From the human T2T-CHM13v2.0 reference genome, Homo sapiens, in the NCBI RefSeq assembly GCF_009914755.1, contig NC_060928.1: a stretch of 64,000 bases of DNA; one strand, given 5' to 3'. Of this stretch, positions 39,780-56,312 are shown piece by piece. Every line of letters starts with the position of its first letter. Positions within the stretch are counted from its first letter, which is position 1. The position numbers and the translations under genes were made by a program. The notes beneath the pieces were generated by a model. The model saw only the letters and a program-made list of their open reading frames with translations, had not been told where the DNA came from and made no database searches.

Positions 39780-40603
39780 GTATCTTCTCCAGTAGAAAAA
39801 ACAAACCATTTTTTTCTGTGCTCTCATACTGTAACAACTTACACAGAAGACTTCTAAGACTTCTGAGACTTCTGGTCACCAAGAAGTGTGTGGCGTTTTC
39901 TCTGCACCAATAATTCTGCAGTGTCCTCCAATTCAATTCAATTCTGATACTTTCTACTTGGACATAGCATCAGATTCTACAGGTTGAGACTGCCTTCCAC
40001 CTCCTATGCCAATCAAAAGCCCCAGGCTGTTTTACCTGTGCTTCTGAACTAATGGCTATAAATTGGGGTTCCCATCCCCCTGTGCTTGGGCTCAATTAAT
40101 TTGCTAGAACAGCCCAGAGTACTCAGGGAAACACTTACATTTTATTATAAAGGATATTACAAAGTATACAGATGAAGAGATGCACTGGGCAAGGTGTAGG
40201 GGAAGGAGCTCAGAACTTCCATGCCCTCTGCAGGCTCGCTACTCTCCAGGAACCTCCCCATGTTTGGTTCTCTGGAAACTCTCCAAATTCAGTCCTTTTG
40301 GTTTTTTATGGAAGCTACATTACATAGGCATGATTGATTAAATCACTGGCCATTTGTGATCAACCCAACTTTCAGCCCCTCTCCCCTCCTGGGAGGTTGG
40401 GGGGTGGGGCTGAAAGTCCCAACCCTCTAATCCTGTCCTCTTCTTTCAGGACCAGCTCCCATCCAGGAGCCATAGAGGCTGCCAGTCATCAGTCAATTCA
40501 CTAGCATACAAAAAGACACTTATCACTTAAGCGATTCCAAGGATCTTAGGAGCTGTATGCCAGGAAATGGAGGAAGACTAAATATATATTTCATCATATC
40601 ACA
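39780..40603 (-). mobile_element. MER21-like LTR
   Basis: aattcaattcaattctga, ggatattacaaag, catgattgattaaatcactggcc, gggctgaaagtcccaaccctctaatc motifs. Confidence 0.6.
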
Positions 40604-41305
40604 TGTCTATATCCTATACTCTGTCAAGTGTATAGAAGGAAGCATACTTCCTATCACATATACACATATCACACATCATATCACACTAAGCACCAAGCTA
40701 TGCCCACTAATCCTATAAATAGCTGACCCTTGCATAGCTCTTCAAAGAGTTTAACCCACATTATTTTATTTTATTTAATCCTTACAAGTATGTAGTACAA
40801 ATACAGCATGTAGTATTGCCCCACTTCACAGCTGGGGACACAGAGCACAGGCAGAAGAGTGAGAACTTGATCCCAAGTCTTTCTCATTAGCACAAGGTGC
40901 TCCTCTCTCTGTATGAGACAACCTCTCCTAACAGGTACCTAAGAAACGCCTGTAGGATGAAACCAGCTAATGCCTCTAACAAATGCCTCTAACCAAAGCC
41001 AAATCTAATGATAAATTACATGCCCTTCCAGTTTACAAAGAATATATTTAAAAATTTGATAGACACTTCCGTGTTAAACCACTTACACAGCTTGAAGTTC
41101 AGTGTTTGCAGTGGACTTTTCATTTGTTAGACAACCATTCCGCTTTCTGCTGGTAATAGCCCTGATTTGCTTTCCTCTCTTGTATTGTACAGCTGTGTAA
41201 GACCATCAGTCAAGGTTGCTATGGGACCTGAGCTCAACCAATTCCTTTCCTCTGGCCTCTGAATCCTGAGCACAGTGCCTCAAGATAGAAAACACAGTAA
41301 AAGAA

Positions 41306-41468
41306 CCAGGCGTGGTGACATGTACCTGTAGTGTCAGCTACTTGGGAGGCTAAGGTGGGAGGATGGCTTGAGCCCAGGAGTTTGACGTTACAGTGAGCTA
41401 TGATCATGCCACTGCATTCCAGCATGAGCAACAGAGCAAGACTTTGTCTCTACCAAAAAAAAAAAAAA
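41306..41468 (+). mobile_element. Alu monomer/right arm
   Basis: Single arm with A tail. Confidence 0.8.
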
Positions 41469-44400
41469 TTTTAATTTAAAAACAAGAAAACTCAGTAAAA
41501 GACAGGATTCCTCCCAGTGGCAGACACATGATGTGATGATCAATACACTCTCGTGACCTGGATCTTTAAAGCTGCCCTGCATCCTGCTTTTGTCTTCCAA
41601 GCTGCTTTCCTTGATTCTGTTAACCTACTTTATAGCCTTCAAATAGATTCCCGTTTTACTTAAATTAGCCAGAGGTAGTTTATTTTGCTTATAACCAAAG
41701 ACCCTTCACTTAGAAATCATTAACTCCACCTTTTTATAGATAAGGATATGTGGATTCAGGACCAATCGAAAGTGTCAGGGCCAGGTTTAGAATCCTGGTG
41801 ACCTCACCTCTCATTCAGGGTATTCCTTGATTTTACACAGAGGTTAATTCACAGTAATTTATTGGAATATGGAGGAGGAGAGGAAATTTCAAAGCCAAAC
41901 TTTTGTGTAAGCCAAGGCTGGTGCCTGCAGAGAGGGGCATATTGATCAGTTACTGTCCTACAAGATCAAAGAAGACCAAATGAACTTTCAGAAATACAAA
42001 GAAGAGTTTGAAAAAACAAAACAAAAACAACAACAAAAAACAAATCAAATTTTCAGCCTAGGCAATTAATCAAGGAACTATACTTAAAAGTGCCCGGCAT
42101 GGTCCCTGGTATTTAGTAGATGCTAATGAATCTCAGACTATAGTATAACATTTGTGCATTACTATGACGGTCCTTGTCATTAAGACAAGGTTCAGTTATG
42201 CTCCATGAACTATTTAATCAGGCAGGAAAATTCATGGTTGGTTTTAGAAATAATTTTAGAAACAATAGACTGAGATAAGGAGTGGAAATCAAAAGGAATA
42301 ATTTTAATTAGGTGGAAAATTAACATCGGTATATCTAATTCCTCAGAGGTGTTTGATAAATTGGATGCGTATAATACTATCATAGTATCGTTATCTTTCA
42401 GTCATATTGGTTCCTTCATTCACCTAATCCTCTGTTGAGAATTACTATTAAGAAGTGATTGGGCATACACTGGATACAAACTAGACTGAGATCTGGCTGG
42501 TAGGGTTAACATTCAACCCTGGTTTCATCTTACTCACTGCTTCTGTGCCTCAGTTTCCTCATCTGTAAAATGGAGGTAATAACGTACTCACCTTGTAGGG
42601 TTGTTGTGAGAATGAAATCCACATAAATCCAGTTACAACACTACCTGGCACACCTGCTGCTTAGGAGGGATTAGCTACTGATACCATGTGCAACGGCTTG
42701 TGCTAAGCTCTTGAGATGGTGTGACATTAAGTCCTGGTTCTGGTCCTCCAAGAATCCACAGTAGAGCATGGGAGACTGCCTTCAGAGGCCACCTCCTTCA
42801 CAGTAAACGCACTGTGGGCATACAGAGGAGGGAGGGATGGCAACTGGAAGGGGACTCCTGCAAAAGACACTTTTGCTTGATTCTGGAAAGAGTGGGCTTC
42901 TGCAGGTGGGAGGGTGAAGGGGGTGTTCCAACAGAGGCAGCGGTGGGGCGAAGGTGGGCAGCAAGCATGAAAGCATTCCCATGTGGGGAGTGAGAAAGCT
43001 GTGGTCCTGGAGGAGGAGGACACGCTTTAAAAGACCATCACAGATCCAGGCGAGGCTGGGGTGATGAACACATCAACGTGAAAGGAGTACTGAAGTCCTA
43101 GGGTGACCACAGAGAAGAGGGAAAGCAAGGGGAGCCAGCCAAAGGCACAGGCTGAGGAGCCTCTACCCTTAACTTTGAGTACGCTGCCCGCTCAGGTAAC
43201 TGAAGGCAGCAACCTGTAGATACAAAGCAGGATACTGAGAAGAAGTGGTAAGAGCAGGGTCGGGAGAAGACTCACCCGCTTGTTGACAGTGTGCAAGAAA
43301 CAGTTTCACTCCTTAAGATGGAAATATCTCCCTGGTCTCCCTGTCCCCAGGCAGTGACCCATAGGCTCACGTAGGCAATTCACCTAATGTACCACGTGCA
43401 TTTAAAACTCACACATACCTGGTCACAACCTTTTGTGCATGATAAGATGGTGTGAGAGATCTTTTTCTATTTTTTTTTACTTCTGAGCAGTTTAAGGATT
43501 TTTTTTTTCAAAATCTGTTTCTATTTTGGCAAAACAAATACAGTTTTAGCTACCAATCTAAAAACACTATCAGAGAAAAGCGAGGCAAGTTTAGAAAAAA
43601 GGAGAAAGCATTCTCCTATAATAATGGAAACAATGATCACGGTGTTCCTAAATTTTTTGTTGTCTCTTTATGTTAAAAAAATTTCTTATACAGCTTGGCT
43701 CAGACACGGTTAAAGAACTAAAGGGTTAATAGGACAGAATTAGACAGTATAAACAAAATTCCTGCCTTTGCTAAATTGCAAGGAAGACACTTAGATCCTG
43801 AAGAAATTAAATGTGGAAAAACAGAACTATAAGAAAATCGACTTGAACATCAAACCATTGAAGGGAGTAAGACTTTTAAAGCTCAGACCTGATAGAAATG
43901 TTGAAAAAGAATAGACTTGACTACAACACATTTTAAAAATTGACAAGGTAAACAATGGAAAAGCAGTTGCCCCAAATGAAACATAAAAGGTTCACAGAGT
44001 GCCATGAACACTCCAGAACCCAGATAAGCAAATGGACAAAGGACAAGAACTAAAAGTGTGGAAACACAACTGGCTGGCAAACATGAGGAGAACATTCAAC
44101 CCACGAGGTAACCAGAGGAGAAAATGAAAACGGATCTACATGTTCAGGAAAGGAACAGTTAAGTGTAGTAATACATTTACTCTATTAAATATAATCATCA
44201 TTAAAATTCATTTGTATGAAGACCAAAATATAACATTGAAAAATCCTATGCTATAACATTAGGTGAATAAAAAATATGTATATTTTGTATATGTACATGC
44301 ATATGTACATAGTATGATAACCATCTAAAACTCATCCATGGAAAAATGGCCAAGAAGATATCCACTAAAATGTTAGTTAGCATTGGTTATTTTTGAGACA

Positions 44401-45656
44401 GTGAAGCCATGGATTAGTAGTTTTTGTTCAAAACTTTACTGCATTTTCAAGTTGATCTTTAGTGATTATATATATGGAACACATATATATGTGTAATTTT
44501 TATAATATAAAATATAGTCTACACTCTTAAAGATAATGCTGTATATATTATATATGTTGATTATATTTGAAAATCCAGTATTACTTGTTATCAATGAATA
44601 ATAAAATAACTTAAGATCTAGCCCTTACATCTTTTTAAATAATACAAGCCTAAAATAGAAATGAATAATCCAAACAGCAAAACTAAGAAACCCCAAAATA
44701 AGATATTTCACGGGATACTGTAAATTTAGTAAATACTTCTTAGAAATACGCAAATTAATTGGAAGTGCCCTTAGACAAATTGTTTTCTTTTTTAATTCTT
44801 GAAATGTTAAATGGTAGGCAAAATAGAAAAAGGTATCTGACAAGATAAAAAATAAACCTCAAAAAGGCTGCAGAAGCCATGGGATACCACAACTTTGATA
44901 CAAATTTTATACAAATATGTCCCTGAGCAAAAGGATCATGAGGCCAATGAGCCTTGTATTCACAGACCCATTCCAGGGCTGCTCAATCTGCAGCTTTACA
45001 AAAATGTAAATAATACACTTCATTCCTTAAACCAGACTGACTGGCTGTTATCAACATTTGGAATGCCCATCATCTTTTTCCAAAAACATTACTATTCTGA
45101 ACTCCCCAGTATGTGAAAGGTTTGGGAAATGTGCCACTGTAAATCCTGTGTCAGATGAGTTAGGCCCTCCACAGTCTTGCTTGGCCCTTCCCCATCTCAG
45201 AGGTTTCCCACCACCACACCAATCTGTACTAACTGGCGAAAGGGGCTACATGCCCTCCCCTTCCTTTGCCCCAGGCCCCCTGGCATACAATTGATGGAGT
45301 CAGCTGACTCAGTTGGGAGAAAACACTGGAGCAGAAGCTTCTGGAATGTTCTGTCTTATCCAGCCTAAACAATAGCATCATAAAGCCACAAGTGACAGAA
45401 ATCAAATCCAGTGAATGACCGCAAAAGGCACATGTAGAGACTAACAGGCCCCATAGAAGGTTTGGACAGCTCCCTAAAAAGCCATGTTTTTCTACAAATC
45501 CCAGATCTCACGACCCACTCAGCCCTGTAAGGAGCTCTTAGCAGCCTGCACTGCACATATGCATATTCCTAACAAAGCCATTCATTTTCAGGGCCTGATT
45601 CCCCTTTCTTGAACCTATATTTGGGTTTCCTGAACTAAGTCCTATGGTTCCGGCTA

Positions 45657-45710
45657 TTAGGTGGGTGCAAAGTAACTGCGTTTTTTGTCATTACTTTTAA
45701 ATACTTTTTA
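45657..45710. mobile_element. MADE1 (Hsmar1 MITE) fragment
   Basis: TATTAGGTGGGTGCAAAGTAACTGCG resembles the mariner TIR TTAGGTTGGTGCAAAAGTAATTGCG; second TIR missing. Confidence 0.65.
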
Positions 45711-45939
45711 ATAATTGTGTCCTATAGTGTTAGTTTTTCCATGTGTCCTATGAATTTAAACCACAGTTGAAGATGTTTAATTTACATATTCCACAAATAT
45801 TCATTAAATAGTAGACAGTCAGAGACCAAAGGACTTGGTCACTGCACCCCATGGAGCTTCCAGTACATTGGGAAGAAAGACAGATACCTAAGCCAATTAT
45901 TAAAATGCAATTAGTCACTGTCATAATGGATGCACATAT

Positions 45940-46636
45940 TTATTAGTCTGTTCTCATGCTGCTAATAAGGACATACCTGAGACTGAGTCATTTATAAAGG
46001 AAAGAGGTTTAATTGACTCACAGCTCAGCATGGCTGGGGAGGCCTCAGGAAACTTACAGTCATGGCAGAAGGGGACACAAACACGTCCTTTTTCACGTGG
46101 CAGCAGCAAGGAGAAGTGCCCAGCAAAAGGGTTTTTGTTTGTCTGTTGTTGTTGTTGTTGTTGTTGTTTGAGACAAAGTCTTGCTCGGTCGCCCAGGCTG
46201 GCATTCGGTGGCGTGATCTCAGCTCACTGCAACCTCTGCCTCCGGGGTTCAAGTGATTCTCCTGCCTTAGCCGGTGTGTGCCACCACACCCAGCTAATTT
46301 TTTTTTCTTTTTGTATTTTTAGTAGAGACAGGGTTTCATTATGTTGGCCACATTGGTCTTAAACTCCTGACCTCAAGTGATCTGCCTACCTTGACTTCCC
46401 AAAGCACTGGGAATATAGGCATCAGCCACCACACCCAACCAAAAGGGTTTTTTAAAAAGTCCCTTATAAAACCATCAGATCTCGTGAGAACTAACTCAGT
46501 ATCAAGAGAACAGCATGAGGGTAGCTGCCCCCGTGATTAAATTACCCCCCTGGGTCCCTCCCATGACATGTGGGGATTATGGAAACTACAATTCAAGCTG
46601 AGATTTGGCTGGTGGGGACACAACCAAACCACATCA
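45940..46636 (-). mobile_element. THE1/MST MaLR solo LTR interrupted by a minus-strand Alu (~46132-46440)
   Basis: tattagtctgttctcatgctgct...caaaccacatca; aaaagggttttt duplicated around the Alu. Confidence 0.82.
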
Positions 46637-46678
46637 ACATACCACTTTACAAGTGCTATAAAGTGGTATACTTGACAC

Positions 46679-46978
<300 letters not shown>

Positions 46979-47163
46979 TACTTGACATTTTAAATAAGAT
47001 GTAACAGGGAGAGTATCCGAAGTCAGGCAAGTCTCAGGAGGAGACAGCATTTGCACTAAGTAAGATGTGAAGGTCAAGAGAGGTAGCGCTGAGGAATTCA
47101 TTCTTGACTGAAGCAACAGCATGAATACTGGCAAGGCAGTGTGTCTGGGGAGCTTATAAATCA

Positions 47164-47508
<345 letters not shown>

Positions 47509-48005
47509 TTATGCTGTCTAATAGGGTAGCCACTAGACACATGTGGCTATTGCACATTCAAAATGTGGCTAGTCTGAAATGAAATGTTCTATAAGTGTAA
47601 AATGCACACAGGATTTCAAAGACAGTATAAAAAAAGATTGTAAAGTATCTCATTAATAATTCTAAATATTGCTAACATGTTGGAATGACACTATTTTGGA
47701 TAGTTTGCAGAGTCTCCATCACATCTTAAGGAATTTCATTTAAAAATAACAACAACAACAAACAATGGGACACTTAGATACTGATCCTGGTTCAACTTCT
47801 AATTATTGCCAGTGGGAGAGCTTAAAATACAAACTTTCTCTACCCAGTACACAGTGTTTCATCAGGCATAGAACACATACAAAATGGCTTTTTAAAATGA
47901 GGACCCAAGTATTTTCTTAGATTTCTTCATATAGCAACAGGGTTCATCTTTATAATTCTACATATTGACTTGTACAGACTAAAACAATTAATCTACGAAG
48001 ACCAA

Positions 48006-50967
<2,962 letters not shown>

Positions 50968-51756
50968 ACTAATAGTAAGAGCAAACACTTAAGTATCACT
51001 AATTATGTGCTAGGCACTAGTCTAAGCACTTTATACATGACTCATTGACTCAATCTTTGTAAAAACCATGTGGAGGAGGTCCTATTTTTATCCCCATTTT
51101 ATAGATAAGGAAATGGAAGCACAGAGAACTAGTAAGTTGCAGAGGCGGGAATCAAAATGGGTCATCTGACTCCAGAGTCAGAGCATGAGCACCCAAGGCA
51201 GGAACTAGGATTTTTATCTCTGAATTCCCACCACTGAGAATAGTACTGATTCATAGCACATGAATCAGTCAGCAATAATTTATTGAGCAATCGATTACAA
51301 CAGAATTGTCAGGCATTTTTATCATTCAGCAGTTTTGAAAAAGAAAGATCTTGTTGTCTGCTTCCTCTATTAATTTGTTTTCTAACCTGGTAAGGAGAGA
51401 CTTTATTGGAAAGATTATTGTATGGGAGAGGGAGGAGGTATTGTAATAGGGAAAAGGGGAACATTGCAACAGAGAAAATGCTCTGATTCAAGCGTCTCCC
51501 TCTACTAATCGTTTAAAAATGATTAAAGGGATCCTGATTCCCCAGTGTTTGGAATTGGTGGTCACCAGCAAAGACTCTAACAGCCTCTGCTACTTGCTTA
51601 TTGCTTATACGCAGGATAGGTGGAGAAAAGGAGCGGGTAAGAAACAGAAAGATCTGTCTCAGACAAAAGTAAATTCTGGAACTGCTTTAAAACTAGTTAT
51701 GTGGGGAATGGAAATGGAGGGAGGCCCTAAAAGTCACTTAAGAATATCAAGCAGTA

Positions 51757-52060
51757 GCCAGGCATGGTGGTGCTCACGCCTGTAATCCCAACACTGTGGG
51801 AGGCTGAGGCGGGAGAATCACCTGAGCCCAGGAGTTCAAGACCAGCCTGGGCAATATAGCAAGACCTCATCTCTACAAAAAAAATTATCTGGGTGTGGTG
51901 GTGAACACTTGCAATCCCAGCTACTAGGGAGGTTGAGGCAGGAGGATCACTTGAGCCCAGGAGTTGGAGGTGGCAGTGAGCTATGACTGCTCTACTGCAC
52001 TCCAGCCTGGGCAACAAAGCCAGACCTTGTCTCTTAAAAAAATAAAATAAAATAAAATAA
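51757..52060 (+). mobile_element. AluJ
   Basis: Alu consensus; TSD aagaatatcaag. Confidence 0.88.
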
Positions 52061-52375
52061 GAATATCAAGGGGCAACCTTAAAAGGGTCAGGGTAAGGAG
52101 TAACCCTTCATGGTTTAATAATCACAGTCTGCCAACTCAGGAGGAAACCGCTGCACTTCAAAACACAACACGCTGAGACTTGGCCCAGTCTACAAAGCCA
52201 TTCTCTGCTGAGGTTTCACACACACATACAAAACATCAGCAGCGTTTCAGACAATGAAATCAGAAAGTGTGCTCCCACACAGCCCTGGAGCCTTGCTCCT
52301 GGGAAGAGGCAAGGACTCAGGCCATATTGGGGTCACTCTGTATTTCTTTCAAGACAGGAGGTGGTCAAGACTTAC

Positions 52376-52533
52376 CTGTAGGTGTATGGCCCCACTTCTT
52401 CCACCCGAGGGGTCTCCCCTCTGAGGATCTCCTCTGGATTGGTGACATTGAAGAAATAGAACTGAGTATACACAGGCAGAGGGGGCTTCTCCCAGGAGTC
52501 AAATGCCTCAGTACCATTCCTTAACACAATTTT
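52376..52533 (-). CDS. SCARB2: SCARB2 (LIMP-2) exon 2 (KIVLRNGTEAFDSWEKPPLPVYTQFYFFNVTNPEEILRGETPRVEEVGPYTY)
   Basis: 158 nt, AG/GTAAGT boundaries; CD36-family signature GPYTY. Confidence 0.97.
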
Positions 52534-52758
52534 CTAGGAAAAAACCAAAAGGAGATTTACAAAAATGTAAGGCAATAGTTGGCTTTAAACCCAAGAAGCA
52601 GAGGAAGGGACGCCCCCTATTCTGACCTCCTAGATCACTATTTTAATCATTTCACAGGCATTCAACTGCAGTCTCCTGAGAACAGGGCCATATCTTACAC
52701 CAATAGAGCCCACAGTTCTAATAAGTCAGAGAAGGCCTTCGATAAATATTTGTAAAGG

Positions 52759-53033
<275 letters not shown>

Positions 53034-53491
53034 CTAGTTAATTAATTAATAATTGTAAAGGAAGGGTACTAAAGACAGCACTTGGGCAGAAGCATGAAGC
53101 ATAGTGTTTCCAAAACCTAGGGCACAGATTGAGTGCCTAAAGGGCCTGCTGGCTTTGTTATTTTTGAAGATTCCATGGATGGTGTATCTTCTGTAGAAGT
53201 TAAGCAATTCTGAAAAGCACCATACACTCCCAGTTTGCCCAGATGAGAGAATAACAAGGGGAAGGGCCCAAGAAGGCCAGTTTTGGTCCTTTTTCAAGTC
53301 AAACCACATCCATCCCTACCGCCTCCACCACCAGGGGCTTTAAATGTATTTTCTTATTGGATCCCCAAAAACCCTAAAATGGAACTGCCTATCCCCGTTT
53401 CAAAAACCAGGAGGCCTAGCCTCACTGAGGTTAGCTGACAATGGAGACTGCACTCTGCACACAATCCCTCCTGCACTTTCCACCCCTGTTC

Positions 53492-54275
53492 TGTGTTACA
53501 GGATGAATAATGCCCCCCATACTCTAAATTCCTAAGCTGAAGTCCTAACCCCCAATACCTCACAATGTGCCTGTATTTGGAGTCGGGGTCTTTAAAGAGC
53601 TGATGAAGGTTAAATGAGGTCATGAGGGTAGGCCCTGCTAATAGGACCGGTGTCCTAACTGGAGGAGGAAACTGGGACACAGACAAGCACAGAGGGAAGG
53701 CCACGTGAAAACACGCAGAACTGACAGCCCTCTACAAGCCAAGAAGACAGGCCTCAGAAGAAACCAACTCTGCCAATACCTTGATCTCAGACTTCTAGCA
53801 TCCAGAACTATGAGACAAATTTCTGTTGCTTAAGCCACCCAGTCTGTTGTATTCATTCGGGAAGCCCTAGCAAATTAATACACCATGACTCCCCTAAGGG
53901 TGAAGTATTCTCCCTGCCTCACTGACTTCAGGCTAGGCCAAGTGACTAGATTTGACCAACAGGATGTGGGTGGAATGGCAATGTATCAATTTGGAGCTAA
54001 GGCCTTAAGATGCATGGCAAGTTTCTATCTGCCACCTTGAAGTTGCCACCCTTGGAAAAGAGAAGAGCAGGCCACAGGTAGCTGCTGATCCTTCAGCCTA
54101 GGTTCTAAAACGGAGATGTGTAGACTAGTCCTAAAGCGGACCAGAAGCCTGGAGTCCAGCCTCGTTCCACTGAGCCAGCTGAGCTGGCTGCACACCCACA
54201 TATTATTGTTATAAGCAACGAGACTGGGGAGTTACTTGTTACTCACCGTGGCAGTAGAGGCCTGATAAATACAGC
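53492..54275. mobile_element. MLT1-type MaLR LTR (~53492-53883) nested in an older MLT1 remnant
   Basis: gaagtcctaacccccaatacctc...cagaactatgagacaaatttctgttg...ctagcaaattaataca. Confidence 0.65.
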
Positions 54276-55499
54276 GCCTGAGGTTAACAGAAACCTAACA
54301 CCTGGTATTCCCAACAGTCCTCTATCTGTTAATGGAGAAAAGCCTTGTATTTTTACTGTAAAAACGGCTGAAATACAAAAATAATATAAAAGCACAGACT
54401 GCAAATAAACAAACCAAAATGTGAACTTTGAGTGTCGAGAATTTGTATCAGTTATAATTCAGGTCCGGATTAGGAGGAGTCTTCCACTCACTGTTGCTTT
54501 TGTTTGGATTTTTACACCAGAAATAAATTACTTCTGTAAGCAGAAAAAAAAATGTTCCCTTATCTTTTTTTTTAAGTGAAAATCTAAGAAACTCAGATTC
54601 TGTAGCATGTTATGGATAGACCCTAAGGCAAGGAGAAGGAATGGACACAAAGAGAACTCACTTCATCTTGGCTTTCCTCTGTTCTAGCAAAACAAAGGCG
54701 AGCCTGATGCTGCCTCAGCTGCGGTCTGCTCTGCTGCAAAGGCCCAGGAGCAGCCGCCCCCACTCTCGACTCCACCGCACTTCTCTTCCTATTACTGTCA
54801 GGACAGTTGAGTGAGCACTCTGTATTCCTGCCTAATTTTTCCTGACAAGCATCATAGTGTGTGAAGTTTCCAGTGAGAAAGGACTTGAGATCTCATTTAT
54901 TTGTTCATGTGAAGAAAATCACCTCAGAATTAGGAACCCTGAAAGAATCAGCAAACATAAATGAACAGATGGCTAACCTCCCTGGTTTATCTTGCTGGGC
55001 TGGCATCCAGCTTTTAGGCAACCATAAATCCAAAGACAAGTGGAAGGGTTTCCAGAAAGAAGGGGTTACCAGAAAGAAGGGTAAACCTGGCTGTTCTGAC
55101 ATGCGTAAACAGTGTGACTTGAACTTGTTCCTCCAACTTTCAGGATAGAAATAAACATTTAGTACATTTGACTTCTTAATGAAACAAAGCAAATGAAAAA
55201 CAAGAACAATAAAAACTGTCCTTGGCAGCATGCCAGAGTCATAACCAACCCAGACCATGTTACAGCTGGGGCTTCTCCTCTGTCTCCCTCCACCCCCACA
55301 GCCCTTCTCTGCCTGGCCACTTCTTAGTTGAGTCACCAGCACTCAGACAAATCCTCATAGCCCCTTTTACTCCCTTCAAATCTTGCCCTCAAGAGTGGTG
55401 GCTTTTCCTGCTGCTTTCATATGTCTCTTTTCCTCCACCTTACAAGTTGGATGTTTGTCAGGAAACCCTCTGTCAATCCCAGAGTAGATCACGTGCTGG

Positions 55500-55506
55500 A
55501 GAGTGA

Positions 55507-55543
<37 letters not shown>
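55500..55543. repeat. (GAGT)n(GT)n microsatellite
   Basis: About 16 GT units; Z-DNA-prone. Confidence 0.9.
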
Positions 55544-55545
<2 letters not shown>

Positions 55546-55948
55546 CATGCGAATGCACTAAGTAGGAAGAGAGATGGGGAATGAGAGAACAGAGGGAAGT
55601 TGTAAATACAGCTGCTAACATTTCTAAAACAGTGTGTCTTTATTTTTATTTTCTCACTTTCAGCTCAGAGAATGGCAGTTACTATTCAGTTACCATTACT
55701 GCCACGCCAGCTGCAATCTACTGTGAGTCTGCTAAAGTCAGGTGCTATGCTAGGGGCTTTATAATGTACCTTATCTCTGAGTTTTACACTGACACTACAA
55801 AATAAAAATCCCCATTTTGCAGACAAAGAAATGGTGGCACTGGCTGTCCCAAGTCACAAAGCCAGTAAATGAAATCAAATCTGACCAAGTCCAGGAGTGC
55901 AGATTTACTCACCCATCCAGCAGCTGCCACCCCATGGCACCCTGAGGG

Positions 55949-56312
55949 TAGAGTTGCCAGATTTAGCAAATAAAACCTGGGATACCCAGTTAAATTTGTA
56001 TTTCAGATAAACAACAAATAATTTTATAATATAATTATGTCCCAAATATTGCATGGGCTACATCAAAAATGTTTTTATTCATAGGAGATGCATGCTGAAG
56101 GATTTAGGAACAAAGTGTGTGATATCTACAACTTACTTCAAATAATTCAAGAAAAAGTGCATCAGAGAGATAAATATGGCAGGACATTAACAACTGATAC
56201 ATCGGACTGAACCGAAATATCACACGAGACAGACTCATACTAAAATGTTATTTGTTATCTGAAATTCAAATTTAACTGGTTGTCCTGTATTTTATTTTAT
56301 TTGGCAACTCTA
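55949..56312. mobile_element. MER53-like palindromic DNA element interrupted by an L1-like fragment (~56065-56230)
   Basis: Inverted termini TAGAGTTGCCA...TGGCAACTCTA; internal ccagttaaatttg / caaatttaactgg symmetry. Confidence 0.65.

Noticed and set aside
53324-53340. CCACCAGGGGCT as a CTCF site
   Set aside because: One G short of the core spacing and poor 3' match
54861-55342. 145-aa minus-strand and 95-aa plus-strand ORFs in intron 1
   Set aside because: No recognisable domain or biased composition and no exon boundaries compatible with the SCARB2 frame identified
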